From assembly GCA_902784065.1 (NCBI GenBank), contig CACZTJ010000032.1:61-64060 (forward strand): a DNA stretch of 64,000 nucleotides, written 5' to 3'. A program made the position numbers and the translations under genes. Under the pieces are notes generated by a model that was not told the DNA's origin, did not search any database, and saw only the letters and a program-made list of their open reading frames with translations. Source of the stretch: an uncultured Prevotellaceae bacterium. Lineage in GTDB: Bacteria; Bacteroidota; Bacteroidia; Bacteroidales; Bacteroidaceae. Shown piece after piece: positions 50,750 to 62,315 of this stretch. The first letter of the stretch is position 1. Each line of letters opens with the position of its first letter.

Positions 50750-52057
50750 TTATTTCTTAGCCTCAGGATGGAAGATCAGAGCGAACGATACTGCCACCAC
50801 AAGGGCAAAACCAGAGAAAACAAACCAACAGGTGGTCCAGTCTCCTTGCAGGTATCCATCTTGCCAACTGCAATAGTAGTTCACAATCTCTCCCGCAGCA
50901 AGTGTTCCTATCGTTGCACCTACACCATTGGTCATCATCATGAACAGTCCCTGGGCGGAGGCCTTTACAGATGGCTCACACTCCTGATCTACAAAGATAC
51001 CACCTGAGACATTAAAGAAGTCGAACGCAACACCATAGACTATACACGACAATATAAACATAATCACACCAGGCATCGTGGGATTACCTATACCAAAGAA
51101 GCCGAATCTGAACACCCAGGCGAACATGGACATCATCATGACAATCTTGATACCATAACGCTTCAGGAAGAAAGGAATCATCAGGATACAAAGTGCTTCA
51201 GAGATTTGTGAGATAGATGTAAGCAACGTCGCATTATTGGCAGCAAACGATGTGGCTATAGCAGCATCGGCACTCCCTTTGAAACTCGTAATAAATGGTC
51301 CCGCATATCCGTTGGTTACCTGAAGACACATACCCAGAAGAGCAGAGAAGATAAAGAATAGTGCCATTTTCTTCGTCTTGAAGAGTTTAAAAGCATTCAG
51401 TCCAAAACTTTCGGCTAGGGAAACCCCATGTTTGGGCTCGAGTTTGCATTCAGGTAATGTGAAGCAGTATATACAAAGAACAAAACTCAGTATACCAGAT
51501 ACGAAGAACTGCATATATGTATATTGGAATTTATGGGCACTTTCAGCAAATGTGAGCGAGAAAGTACCATCTTCCCAACAAGCACAGTTCACAAACCACA
51601 TCGTCAAGATGAAACCTACTGTGCCCAACACACGGATAGGTGGGAAATCATTTACCGTATCAAGTCCATTCTTCTTCAGAATAGTGAAAGCGGTGGTGTT
51701 CGACAGAGCAATGGTCGGCATATAGAATGCCACACTCAAGGTATAGAGCGTTATAAAGAGCGTCTTCGCTTCAAGCTCCTGTCCAAAACCAGCCTGTAAA
51801 CCCAGCCACCAGCAACCCAGCATAAATCCACCTGCCAACAGATGGCAGAGACCTAAGGCACGCTGAGGCTGAATATACTTATCAGCAATGATACCCATTA
51901 GTGTGGGCATAAAGATTGAAACGATTCCCTGGATGGCATAAAACCAGGCAATATTATCACCAAGTCCTGCTACGCCGAGATAATTTCCCATACAGGTGAG
52001 GTAGGCTCCCCACACAGCAAACTCCAGGAAATTCATGATTGACAATCGTAGTTTCAT
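50750..52057 (-). CDS. nupG: Nucleoside:H+ symporter (MFS)
   Basis: FLEFAVWGAY, FYMPT, FPPIRVLGTVGF, SQISE, AFDFF. Confidence 0.88.
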   Translation of the reverse strand: MKLRLSIMNFLEFAVWGAYLTCMGNYLGVAGLGDNIAWFYAIQGIVSIFMPTLMGIIADKYIQPQRALGLCHLLAGGFMLGCWWLGLQAGFGQELEAKTLFITLYTLSVAFYMPTIALSNTTAFTILKKNGLDTVNDFPPIRVLGTVGFILTMWFVNCACWEDGTFSLTFAESAHKFQYTYMQFFVSGILSFVLCIYCFTLPECKLEPKHGVSLAESFGLNAFKLFKTKKMALFFIFSALLGMCLQVTNGYAGPFITSFKGSADAAIATSFAANNATLLTSISQISEALCILMIPFFLKRYGIKIVMMMSMFAWVFRFGFFGIGNPTMPGVIMFILSCIVYGVAFDFFNVSGGIFVDQECEPSVKASAQGLFMMMTNGVGATIGTLAAGEIVNYYCSWQDGYLQGDWTTCWFVFSGFALVVAVSFALIFHPEAKK

Positions 52058-52087
52058 ATCGGTTTCTAGTTTTAATTAAACAATAAT

Positions 52088-52897
52088 CTATTTCGACATA
52101 TCATTGGGTACACTATCTTTCTTCTTACGAATACGCAACAGTTGTATGCGATCAAGGAAGAGCATACACACTTCATTATCCATTCTCTTTGTATCATGTC
52201 GGTTCATAATGATGTAACCACGCAACTCTTTGAGCGCATGATCCAATGAAGGGATACGGACAGAACCTATACCTGAGGTAGGAACAGCATAATTACGGGT
52301 TACAACACTGTCATTGTCATAAGTAAGAGCCAGATATACCTGTGCACTACGTATTCCACTCTGTACAAAGAAGGTAGTACCATAGGTAAAAAGGAAACTG
52401 TCACCTGCATGATAGCTGCTATCAGCCTTCTGCTTGAACTGATAAATATGGAACGGTGCTTGAGGATACAACAACAGATAGCGCTTTCCTTCCCACACAT
52501 CAGTTGTATCACTCGTATGCAGATAGGTTGTAAACTGCTGAAGTTCACGTACTGACGTACCCTGTGCCAACGCATCTTCACCTAAACGATGCTGCACACT
52601 TTCGTAGATCTTAAAGAGTTCTTCCAGATGATTAAAATACCAAACCATTGACGAGTCGAAGTCCTCTTGAGTATATCCATGCTTCTTCAAAGCAAGTCTT
52701 CGATTATACTCCCGACTGTATTCCATCCCCTCTTCTGTCGGAGTGTACGACATGCCTTGAGCCAGATAATAGTCGTAAAGCACATCTTCCATTTTACCAG
52801 GCTGTATAACATGGCTAGGAACCTTTGGCTTACAAGCTGCAAGCAGCAGCAAAGTCAACGGCATGACAAGATAGCTTCTACTCCATTTCATGACCAA
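52088..52897 (-). CDS. DUF4296 lipoprotein
   Basis: Lipobox LAAC; MEDVLYDY, FDSSMVWY; adjacent to lspA. Confidence 0.8.
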   Translation of the reverse strand: MVMKWSRSYLVMPLTLLLLAACKPKVPSHVIQPGKMEDVLYDYYLAQGMSYTPTEEGMEYSREYNRRLALKKHGYTQEDFDSSMVWYFNHLEELFKIYESVQHRLGEDALAQGTSVRELQQFTTYLHTSDTTDVWEGKRYLLLYPQAPFHIYQFKQKADSSYHAGDSFLFTYGTTFFVQSGIRSAQVYLALTYDNDSVVTRNYAVPTSGIGSVRIPSLDHALKELRGYIIMNRHDTKRMDNEVCMLFLDRIQLLRIRKKKDSVPNDMSK

Positions 52898-53513
52898 TTG
52901 AACTAATCTCCCGTCGATAGAACAAAAGCAGCCACACTACACTCACACTAATACAGGCATCTGCAAAATTGAACACCGGACTAAAGAAAATGAAATGCTC
53001 ACCACCTACAAAAGGCATCCATCTGGGCCAATCTGTCTCAATCAGTGGGAAATAGAACATATCCACCACTTTACCCATCAGAAAAGGTGCATAACCTGTA
53101 CCGAAAGGAACAAAATAAGAGACATAATAAGGAGAGGACTCCGTGAACATCAAGCCATAGAACAGACAGTCAATCAGATTTCCAGCAGCTCCAGCCAACA
53201 CAACCGACAGACAAATGATATAGCCTGTGCGTGCATTCCGACGCACTTGCTGCCAGATATAATAGCTTAAGAGACCGATGGCAACAACACGGAATAACGA
53301 CAAGATCAGCTTACTACCCAACTGCATGCCAAAGGCCATTCCCATATTCTCGATGAAGGTGATGTAGAACCAGTCGAACACATGAATGCTCTCGTGGAGA
53401 ACCATCGTTGTCTTTACCCAGATCTTGATAACCTGGTCAATCAAGAGAATGGCAACCACCAAAATGATTGCCAGTCTGCCTTTGGTAATCAGCGAGTTTC
53501 TTGAAGTATTCAC
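52878..53513 (-). CDS. lspA: Lipoprotein signal peptidase II
   Basis: DQVIK, N.GMAFG, GAAGNLID, VVD, FNFAD. Confidence 0.95.
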   Translation of the reverse strand: MNTSRNSLITKGRLAIILVVAILLIDQVIKIWVKTTMVLHESIHVFDWFYITFIENMGMAFGMQLGSKLILSLFRVVAIGLLSYYIWQQVRRNARTGYIICLSVVLAGAAGNLIDCLFYGLMFTESSPYYVSYFVPFGTGYAPFLMGKVVDMFYFPLIETDWPRWMPFVGGEHFIFFSPVFNFADACISVSVVWLLLFYRREISSIGHEME

Positions 53514-53893
53514 CGTTTATTCTGGTTCATCTTGGATTCAACGCTCAGCGTAGCATGAGGTACGGCACGCAGGCGCTCCTTGGGAATCAGTTTGCCCGTG
53601 ATTCGATCGATACCGTAAGTCTTATTCTCAATACGTACAAGCGCTGCCTTCAAACCTTGAATGAATTTCTGCTGACGAGCTGCCATCGTAATCAGTTCTT
53701 CTTTGGTTTGGGTAGCACTACCCTCCTCCAAAGCCTTATACGTAGGCGATGTATCATCAACATCATTAGAATCTTGGTTCGTCAGCACGCGCATCATCTC
53801 ATCATAATCGCGCTTAGCCAAAGCCAGTTTTTCGTTGATAATCTGACGGAACTCCTCGAGCTCTTCATCAGTGTAGCGTGTCTTTTCTGCCAT
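53510..53893 (-). CDS. dksA: TraR/DksA family protein
   Basis: AL.RIENKTYGI...GKLIPKERL.AVPHA; ileS-dksA-lspA order. Confidence 0.88.
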   Translation of the reverse strand: MAEKTRYTDEELEEFRQIINEKLALAKRDYDEMMRVLTNQDSNDVDDTSPTYKALEEGSATQTKEELITMAARQQKFIQGLKAALVRIENKTYGIDRITGKLIPKERLRAVPHATLSVESKMNQNKR

Positions 53894-53919
53894 AATTTTT
53901 AAGTTATTGTTATTGATTT

Positions 53920-56900
53920 TTATTGTTTCACTACCTTAATGTTCAACTTGAAATCATCGAACTCAATCTCTTGACCATCATTGGGTTGCACATTGATAAT
54001 GTCTGCCAGAACCTGAGTCTTAATATACTCACCAAAACTCTCCACAGCCTTCTCAACATCGGCATTAGGTGAAAGTACCACAGCAATGCGATCAGTAATC
54101 TCCAGACCACTTTCCTTACGTATGTTCTGAATACGATTGATCAGTTCACGGGCCATACCTTCGTTCTTCAGTTCATCAGTAAGCTCAACTTCAAGGGCTA
54201 CTGTGAGGTTACCCTCGTTGGCTACCAACCAACCAGGAATATCTTCGCTGATGATTTCAACATCTACAGCCTCAACCGTCAGAGCCTGACCCTCTACCTC
54301 GATAGCGATAGTGCCCTGCTGCTCTAGTTGTGCAATCTGCTCCTGACTCAAGGTATCCATAGCGGCAGCCACCCCCTTCATGAGCTTACCGAACTTCTTA
54401 CCCATCGTACGGAAGTTACACTTCACCTTCTTTACCAGCACGCCGGCACCCTCTACAAAACGGAGTTCCTTCACATTCACCTCGTTCATAATCAGGTCCT
54501 TCACAGCCTCAATGTGCTTCTTCTGTTCAGCATCAACAGCTGGAATCATGATGGCCTGCAGCGGCTGACGCACCTTGATATTCACCTTTCTGCGAAGGGC
54601 GAGTACCATAGATGTAATCTTCTGGGCCATCTGCATACGGGCCTCGAGGTCCTTATCAATCTGCGACTCATCGGCTACAGGGAACTTATCCAGGTGTACT
54701 GAGTCGAGCTCGCCACCCAGATCCTTATACAGCTGATCGGCATAGAACGGTGCAAACGGAGCCAGCAGCTTAGCCACTGTCATCAGGCAAGTATAGAGTG
54801 TCTGATAAGCCGAGAGCTTATCCTCACTCATCTCCTTACCCCAGAAACGCTTGCGGTTCAAACGTACATACCAGTTCGACAAGTCATCATTCACAAATGC
54901 GTCGATCAGGCGTCCTGCACGTGTGGGATCATAGCCGTCAAGCTCTGACTCAACACCCTTGATCAGGGTGTTCAGACACGACAGAATCCAGCGGTCAATC
55001 TCAGGACGCTTCTCAAATGCCACCTGTGCTGCAGCGGGGTCGAAACCATCCACATTGGCATACAGTGCAAAGAAGCTATACGTATTATATAAGGTACCGA
55101 AGAACTTACGGCGCACTTCATCCACACCCTCGGGGTCGAACTTCAGGTTATCCCAAGGCTCTGAGTTGGTCATCATATACAGACGGACAGCATCTGAGCC
55201 AAACTTGTCAATCATATCAAATGGATTCACCACGTTACCAACGTGCTTCGACATCTTATTACCCTTGGCATCAAGCACGAGACCAGAAGAGATCACGTTC
55301 TTGAAGGCTACTGAGTCGAAAATCATGGTAGCAATAGCATGCAGTGTGAAAAACCAACCACGCGTCTGATCGACACCCTCGTTGATGAAATCACAGGGGA
55401 AGGCGATACCCTCATCTATCAAATCCTTATTCTCGAATGGGTAGTGGATCTGAGCGTAAGGCATTGAACCAGAGTCAAACCAAACATCAATCAGGTCGGT
55501 CTCGCGCTTCATGGGCTTACCGCTCTCTGATACCAGTACGATGTTGTCAACGTATGGACGATGCAGGTCGATCTTATCGTAGTTCTCCTTAGCCATATCA
55601 CCAGGCACGAAACCATTATCCTTCAATGGGTTGCTCTGCATGAATCCTGCCTTGACGGCCTTCTCAATCTCATTATAGAGTTCCTCGACACTTCCGATAC
55701 AGATCTCCTTGCCATCCTCATCGCGCCAGATAGGCAACGGAGTTCCCCAGAAACGTGAACGAGAGAGGTTCCAGTCGTTCAGGTTCTCTAGCCAGTTACC
55801 AAATCGGCCTGTACCTGTGCTCTCAGGCTGCCAGTTGATGGTCTTGTTCAGTTCGAACATACGGTCTTTCTTGGCTGTTGAGCGGATAAACCAAGAATCC
55901 AGAGGATAATAGAGTACGGGCTTATCTGTACGCCAGCAGTGAGGATAGTTGTGTACGTGCTTCTCAATCTTGAGTGCAGTACCCTCTTGCTTCATCTCCA
56001 TACAGATCACAATGTTCAGGTCTTCAGCCTTTGAAGCAGCCTGCTCATCGTACTTGCCATCCTTATTGAACTCAGGTGCATAGGCGTTCTTTACATAGTC
56101 GCCTGCATGGTGACCATATCCTACCTTATCAACACACTTTGCAACGAAATTGTCGTCGAGCTCATCCATCACATAGTACTTACCCTGCAGGTCAACCATC
56201 GGACGGGTTTCACCTTTCTTATTTATAAGGAAGAGACTTGGGACATGGGCATCCTTAGCCACCTTGGCATCGTCAGCACCGAAGGTAGGAGCGATATGCA
56301 CGATACCAGCACCATCCTCAGTGGTCACATAATCACCAGGGATCACGCGGAAAGCTTCGCTCTCCATCTCCACAAACTGATCTTTACCATTCTCACCCAT
56401 GAACACCTTCTCTGGATGAGCAGCAGCATAGGCCTTCACATAATCTGCAGCATTCTGGTCGAGCTTAGCAGAAGGCTTCACCCAAGACATCAGCTGCTGA
56501 TACTTCAGGCCAACCAAATCCTCACCTGTATAGTGACCTACGATGCGATATGGCACAAACTTCTCACCCTTATTGTATTCAGGCATCTCGTCACCATCGG
56601 TGATATTACCCTCTGGTGCAAGATAAGCGTTCAGACGACTCTCAGCCAAAATGATAGTGATCTTCTCACCATTATAGCTGTTATAGGTCTCCACAGCTAC
56701 ATAGTCGATCTTCGGACCTACGCAAAGTGCTGTGTTTGAAGGTAGCGTCCAAGGTGTGGTAGTCCAAGCCACAAAGTATGGCGTACCCCACTTCGTCCAC
56801 TCTTCTTTAGGATTCAGCGCCTTAAACAGAGCAGTCACAGTCGTATCCTTTACATCACGATAACAACCAGGCTGGTTCAACTCATGAGAACTCAGGCCGG

Positions 56901-57480
56901 TTCCTGCAGCGGGAGAATACGGCTGGATGGTATAGCCTTTATAGAGCAATCCTTTCTTGTAGAACTGCTGAAGCAACCACCACAAGGTCTCGATATACTT
57001 ATTATCGTAAGTGATATAAGGGTTGTCGAGATCTACAAAGTAACCCATCTTCTCCGTAAGTTCGCGCCACTCCTGTGTGAACATCATCACATTCTCACGG
57101 CACTTCTTATTATAATCCTCTGTAGAGATGTACTTCTCTGAAGCCTTATTGTCAATATCAGCCTTGGTGATACCCAGTTCTTTCTCGACACCCAGTTCTA
57201 CGGGCAGACCATGGGTATCCCAACCAGCCTTACGCTTTACTTGATAACCCTTCATGGTCTTATAACGGTTGAATGTATCCTTGATGGTACGAGCCAGCAC
57301 GTGGTGAATACCAGGATGACCGTTAGCAGAGGGAGGTCCCTCGAAGAATACAAACTGCGGGCATCCCTCGCGCTCATCTACTGAGCGCCAGAACACATTT
57401 TTCTCTCGCCACATCTCCAGGATGTCATTGTTGACCTGGGTCAGATTCAGACCACTATGTTCGGCAAATCTTTTAGCCAT
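53920..57480 (-). CDS. ileS: Isoleucine--tRNA ligase
   Basis: EGPPSANG..GIHH, GWDTHGLP, WTTTPWTLP, DQTRGWF, KMSKH. Confidence 0.97.
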   Translation of the reverse strand: MAKRFAEHSGLNLTQVNNDILEMWREKNVFWRSVDEREGCPQFVFFEGPPSANGHPGIHHVLARTIKDTFNRYKTMKGYQVKRKAGWDTHGLPVELGVEKELGITKADIDNKASEKYISTEDYNKKCRENVMMFTQEWRELTEKMGYFVDLDNPYITYDNKYIETLWWLLQQFYKKGLLYKGYTIQPYSPAAGTGLSSHELNQPGCYRDVKDTTVTALFKALNPKEEWTKWGTPYFVAWTTTPWTLPSNTALCVGPKIDYVAVETYNSYNGEKITIILAESRLNAYLAPEGNITDGDEMPEYNKGEKFVPYRIVGHYTGEDLVGLKYQQLMSWVKPSAKLDQNAADYVKAYAAAHPEKVFMGENGKDQFVEMESEAFRVIPGDYVTTEDGAGIVHIAPTFGADDAKVAKDAHVPSLFLINKKGETRPMVDLQGKYYVMDELDDNFVAKCVDKVGYGHHAGDYVKNAYAPEFNKDGKYDEQAASKAEDLNIVICMEMKQEGTALKIEKHVHNYPHCWRTDKPVLYYPLDSWFIRSTAKKDRMFELNKTINWQPESTGTGRFGNWLENLNDWNLSRSRFWGTPLPIWRDEDGKEICIGSVEELYNEIEKAVKAGFMQSNPLKDNGFVPGDMAKENYDKIDLHRPYVDNIVLVSESGKPMKRETDLIDVWFDSGSMPYAQIHYPFENKDLIDEGIAFPCDFINEGVDQTRGWFFTLHAIATMIFDSVAFKNVISSGLVLDAKGNKMSKHVGNVVNPFDMIDKFGSDAVRLYMMTNSEPWDNLKFDPEGVDEVRRKFFGTLYNTYSFFALYANVDGFDPAAAQVAFEKRPEIDRWILSCLNTLIKGVESELDGYDPTRAGRLIDAFVNDDLSNWYVRLNRKRFWGKEMSEDKLSAYQTLYTCLMTVAKLLAPFAPFYADQLYKDLGGELDSVHLDKFPVADESQIDKDLEARMQMAQKITSMVLALRRKVNIKVRQPLQAIMIPAVDAEQKKHIEAVKDLIMNEVNVKELRFVEGAGVLVKKVKCNFRTMGKKFGKLMKGVAAAMDTLSQEQIAQLEQQGTIAIEVEGQALTVEAVDVEIISEDIPGWLVANEGNLTVALEVELTDELKNEGMARELINRIQNIRKESGLEITDRIAVVLSPNADVEKAVESFGEYIKTQVLADIINVQPNDGQEIEFDDFKLNIKVVKQ

Positions 57481-57665
57481 ATCTTATCTATTAACCTTTT
57501 TACTTTTTATCTTTTATATTTAGGGCGCAAAGGTACTAAAAATATTCGATATGGCAAAAGGAAATAGTTTTTTTTAATATTTCTGCGAAAAAAGTATGGT
57601 TTTTCAAATTATTTTCTTATATTTGCACTCAGATTTATATAATAACTAAAAACTTATTTATTAAA

Positions 57666-59089
57666 ATGGTAACTTTTACGATGATTCTTCAGCTCTGTAT
57701 TGTACTCGGAGCGTTGTGGGTAGGTTCTCGTTTCGGTAGCCTTGCCCTTGGTGCCATCTCCGGTATCGGTTTGGCCATTCTAGTGTTCGGATTCGGTTTA
57801 AAGCCTGGAACTCCCCCTACAGACGTAATCTACATCATCATCGCAGCTGTAACCTGTGCTGGTATTATGCAGGCTTCTGGTGGTATGGATTGGCTCATCC
57901 AGATTGCAGAGCGTCTGCTTCGTAAGCATCCGGATCGCATTACATTCCTGGCTCCGCTCACCACTTTCTTCCTGACTGTACTTGTAGGAACAGGTCACGT
58001 GGTTTATACGCTGATGCCTATCATCTGCGATATCGCCCTGAAGAAAGGCATCCGTCCTGAGCGTCCCTGTGGTGTTGCCTCTATCGCTTCTCAGGTGGGT
58101 ATCACTTGTTCACCTATCGCTGCTGCCGTTGTTGCCTTCGTTACAATTTCTAATTCCAACGGCTTCGAAATCACAATTCCCCGTGTACTGATGATTTCCA
58201 TCCCTGCCTGTGTTTGTGGTTTGATGGCTGCAGCTGCCGCTTCTTATCGTCGTGGTCTTGACCTCGACAAGGATCCGGAATTCCAGCGTAAACTTCAGGA
58301 TCCCGCACAGCGAGACTACATCTATGGTGGTGGTGCGACCACACTCGACAAAAAAATTCCGCAGTCAGCAAAGAATGCCGTATATATCTTCCTGGGTGCC
58401 CTTGGCGTCATCGTGTTCTTCGCAATCTTCCAGAATGCCCTACCGACTTACGACACCCTGCGTGCCATCAAAGGCAGTAATCCTATGGTGGTTAATGAGG
58501 ATCTTACTCTCACTTCCGAACTGTTTGTAAAGGCAAAAGTTCACGTGAGTGGTATGACGGAATGGTACTCTAAGCCGTTGGCTATGAATATCGTCATCCA
58601 GATTGTGATGATTTCGGCAAGGCAGCCCCGAAGAAGGCTGTGGGTGGTCCTGTTTGGCAGTCTGGCATGGTGGCTGTTGTTGCCATCTATGGTATCGCCT
58701 GGTTGGCTGACACCTATTTCTCTAATTATATGGGAGAGATGCAATCTATGCTGGCTGACATCGTGAAGGAGTATCCCTGGTCAATTGCCTTGGTATTCTT
58801 CGCTGTGTCTGTGCTCATCAACTCTCAGGGAGCTGTGGTGGTAGCCATGTTGCCTCTCGCCTATTCTCTGGGCATCTCTGGTCCAGTGCTCCTTGGTGTG
58901 CTGCCATCGGTCTATGGCTATTTCTTCATCCCGAACTATCCTTCAGATATTGCGACGGTGAACTTCGACCGCTCAGGCACCACGGTGATTGGTAAGTACC
59001 TGTTGAACCACTCGTTCATGATGCCAGGACTGGTTTCCGTAACAGTCTCTACCCTCGTAGCATATACACTTACTACTATATTCTACTAA
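57666..59089 (+). CDS. Anaerobic C4-dicarboxylate transporter (DcuA/DcuB family), frameshifted at ~58619
   Basis: RPERP...ASQ..ITCSPI.AA in frame 1; SG..AVVAIYGIAW, NSQGA, P.YPSD...FDRSGTT.IGKY..NHSF in frame 2. Confidence 0.9.
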
Positions 59090-59092
59090 ACT

Positions 59093-60862
59093 TTACTTAA
59101 ACAAGAAAAGCCCCGCTGAATGGCGGGGCTTCTTCTTTGTAGCCTCGATCTTATCTTGTGCGCCCTTTGTGCAACGCTCATAGCAGTCGCCACACTTGAA
59201 GGTAGAATCCTTCACCTCGCAGTAGAACTTGATCTTTGGCTCTGTTCCTGAAGGACGAACACTCACCTTGGTACCATCCTCGCAGAACCACTGCAGTACG
59301 TTAGAGGTGTCAGGCATGTTCAGCTTCTCTACACTACCGTCGGCCTTCTTAGCCTCAAGGGTCTTGTAGTCCTTCCACAGACAGATCTTCGAACCGCCCA
59401 GCTCCTTCGGAGGATTAGCGCGGAAATCAGCCATCATCTGCTTAATCTCGTCAGCACCGGTCTTACCAGGACGAACCACATTAATAGTAGCCTCCTTTGA
59501 GAATCCGTACTCAGCATAGATATCCATCAGCAGATCATAGAGGGTACGACCATTGTCCTTAGCCCATGCTGCAATCTCGCAGATCAGACAGATAGAAGCG
59601 GGTGAATCCTTGTCACGTACCTTATCGAACGGCAGGAAGCCAAAGCTCTCTTCACCACCACCGATATACTTCTGCTTGCCCTCAGAGATACGGATCTCGT
59701 TAGCAATCCATTTGAAACCGGTATAGCAGTCGCGCAGTTCCACACCATTCTTTTTGGCAATCTCTGCAATGGCCTCTGTGGTAACGATGGTCTTTACTAA
59801 GAACTCGTTGCCCTTGAGCTGACCGAGCTTCTTCTTGTTGGCGATGATGTACCAACAGAACATCATACAAGTCTGGTTACCATTCAGGATCTCCCACTCG
59901 CCCTTGTTGTTGCGGCAAACAATGGCCAGACGGTCAGCATCGGGGTCAGAAGCGATCACGAGATCGGCATTCAGACGCGTACCGAGCTTCATACCCAGGG
60001 TCATAGCCTCTGCATTCTCTGGGTTTGGAGATACCACTGTTGGGAAGTTACCGTCGATTACCATCTGCTCAGGCACCACATGGATATTCTGGAAGCCCCA
60101 AGAGCGAAGTGCCATCGGGATAATCACACGACCAGTGCCATGCATCGGAGAATAAACAATGTTCAGGTCCTTCTGGCGCAGGATGACATCCTGATCCACC
60201 ATAGCCTCTTTCACTGCCTGGATATAATCCCAGTCCATCTCACCACCGATGATGTCAATCAGCTCCTTATTACCTTCAAACTTCACCTGATCGATAGTCA
60301 CCTTGTTCACCTCGGCAATGATACCTGTATCATGGGGAGCCAATACCTGTGCACCATCATCCCAATAAGCCTTGTAGCCGTTATACTCCTTCGGGTTGTG
60401 AGAAGCAGTCACGTTTACACCAGCCTGACAGCCCAGCTGACGGATGGCGAATGAGATCTCTGGTGTAGGACGGAGACTCTCAAACAGATAGACCTTGATA
60501 CCGTTAGCAGAGAAGATGTCAGCTACGGTCTCAGCAAACATACGTCCGTTGTTACGACAGTCGTGACCTACCACCACTGAGCACTGCTTGCCTGGGAAAG
60601 CCTTCAGGATATAATTGGCGAATCCCTGGGTAGCCATACCCACGATGTACTTGTTCATACGGTTTGTACCGGCACCCATAATACCACGGAGGCCACCCGT
60701 ACCAAACTCAAGATTCTGATAGAAGGCATCGATGAGAGCAGTCTTATCAGCTGCATCGAGCATTGCCTGTACTTCTTTACGTGTCTCCTCGTCAAAGGCT
60801 GGAGAAAGCCATTCTTTAGCCCGTGCCTCGCACTGAGCAATCAGTTGTGCATTGTCTGCCAT
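59093..60862 (-). CDS. pgm: Phosphoglucomutase/phosphomannomutase; ORF reads through its terminator
   Basis: FGTGGLRG, TASHNP, DPDADR, GEES, RPSGTEPK. Confidence 0.93.
   Translation of the reverse strand: MADNAQLIAQCEARAKEWLSPAFDEETRKEVQAMLDAADKTALIDAFYQNLEFGTGGLRGIMGAGTNRMNKYIVGMATQGFANYILKAFPGKQCSVVVGHDCRNNGRMFAETVADIFSANGIKVYLFESLRPTPEISFAIRQLGCQAGVNVTASHNPKEYNGYKAYWDDGAQVLAPHDTGIIAEVNKVTIDQVKFEGNKELIDIIGGEMDWDYIQAVKEAMVDQDVILRQKDLNIVYSPMHGTGRVIIPMALRSWGFQNIHVVPEQMVIDGNFPTVVSPNPENAEAMTLGMKLGTRLNADLVIASDPDADRLAIVCRNNKGEWEILNGNQTCMMFCWYIIANKKKLGQLKGNEFLVKTIVTTEAIAEIAKKNGVELRDCYTGFKWIANEIRISEGKQKYIGGGEESFGFLPFDKVRDKDSPASICLICEIAAWAKDNGRTLYDLLMDIYAEYGFSKEATINVVRPGKTGADEIKQMMADFRANPPKELGGSKICLWKDYKTLEAKKADGSVEKLNMPDTSNVLQWFCEDGTKVSVRPSGTEPKIKFYCEVKDSTFKCGDCYERCTKGAQDKIEATKKKPRHSAGLFLFK
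59106..59133. terminator. Bidirectional terminator between dcu and pgm
   Basis: AAGCCCCGC-TGAATG-GCGGGGCTT. Confidence 0.8.
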
Positions 60863-60960
60863 AATTCTTATCTTTTACTTGTTTTAGATTGGATAAATTG
60901 TTTCTAATCCACAAAGATAGTAAGAAATTGGCAAACACGTATGGAAACGGGCAATCTTTT

Positions 60961-62148
60961 TTATTTCTTTAAGATTTTATCTATCTCATCGAACTGACGC
61001 CCCAGATTCAGATTGAAATAAATACGATAGAGCGAAGGGCCCCATTTGTCCTTGGCATCGGGCATCAGCAGACGATACGACTCCATAAAAGGCTGAGCTT
61101 TCTGATACATTCTCCTGATCTGCTTCTTTTGACGGCGAGAGTCCATATCGAGGGCGATGTTCAGACAGGCAGTACCTGCATTGTAGTAGGCCTCTGCCAT
61201 CTGATTGTCCACCTTGATCAGACGCTCGCTGGTCTCCAGACAATCGGCATTACGTCCCAGATTGAGCAGCATGGTGGATTTGGCCAATAGGAAGAGTCCG
61301 TTCAGACTGTCGGTCTGCAGGGCTTCCTCAGCTATCGAGAGTCCTTTCTCATAGTTTCCCTTAGTCATATAGTAATCCATCAGTCGTGGGAAAAAATAAG
61401 GTGACTTAGGGAACAACTCAAAACCTTCCTTTAATATAGATAGGTATGAATCATAATCATTCAGTTTCAACCAAGCCTGGGCGATATACTGAAGGGTATA
61501 TTCCAACTTAGCGGTGTCACATCGAGCCTCCTTGGCATAACGAAGGGTGAGCACAGGGTCACCCATTCGATAGCCTGTATAGGTAGCCCAGTAGGCTGCA
61601 TCTGCCATACGAGGATCGTTTTTCTCGAAATCATAGCCAGTAAACAGCGGCTGACGATCGCAGTCAAGATACATCTCGAAACAGTCATAGGCCGTTTGCA
61701 GCTGCTCTTTACGCAGATGATAGGTTCCACCGAAGAAAAGGTTCGGACGATAGGTCACCAATCGTCGGGCATTATCACTCCGGTATGAGAGATTTACCCT
61801 ACCTTTCTTATCTGGTTGCATATCTATGGAGTCGAGTCGCTCACCGATTGTAAAGATCCGGCGGGTAAGATTAAAGAACTTCGTGGTATCAACAGTCTGC
61901 TTCTTATACATCGCCTCGTTAATCTGATCATATTGCTTCTCAACCGAGGTAAGCCACATGTCATAGATACGAGGGTTATGGCGATTGGCTGTGTCGGCAA
62001 GCAATTTAGTCATCAGATTCTCAGCCTGATCAAAGTTCTTACCGCTTTTGATGATGGAACGAGCTTCCTGCAACTGACGTCGCTGGGCCAGCATGCTGAA
62101 AGGTACACATATTATTATATATATAGTAATGAGTATCCTGAATTTCAT
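60961..62148 (-). CDS. TPR-repeat secreted protein
   Basis: Signal peptide; TPR-like helices (AEAYYNAG). Confidence 0.75.
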   Translation of the reverse strand: MKFRILITIYIIICVPFSMLAQRRQLQEARSIIKSGKNFDQAENLMTKLLADTANRHNPRIYDMWLTSVEKQYDQINEAMYKKQTVDTTKFFNLTRRIFTIGERLDSIDMQPDKKGRVNLSYRSDNARRLVTYRPNLFFGGTYHLRKEQLQTAYDCFEMYLDCDRQPLFTGYDFEKNDPRMADAAYWATYTGYRMGDPVLTLRYAKEARCDTAKLEYTLQYIAQAWLKLNDYDSYLSILKEGFELFPKSPYFFPRLMDYYMTKGNYEKGLSIAEEALQTDSLNGLFLLAKSTMLLNLGRNADCLETSERLIKVDNQMAEAYYNAGTACLNIALDMDSRRQKKQIRRMYQKAQPFMESYRLLMPDAKDKWGPSLYRIYFNLNLGRQFDEIDKILKK

Positions 62149-62315
62149 CCTAAGTTTTGTTTTGTGGGTGCAAAGTTACTGGAATTCGTGCGGAAATACA
62201 AGTTTCTGAGGGCTTAAAATGTGAACAGAAGTTAAAAATTAGGCTTTTTTAGGCATCTGTCGAAAAAAAAACGGAGAAAAGCTTGCAAGTTTCAAATAGA
62301 ATGCATACCTTTGCA

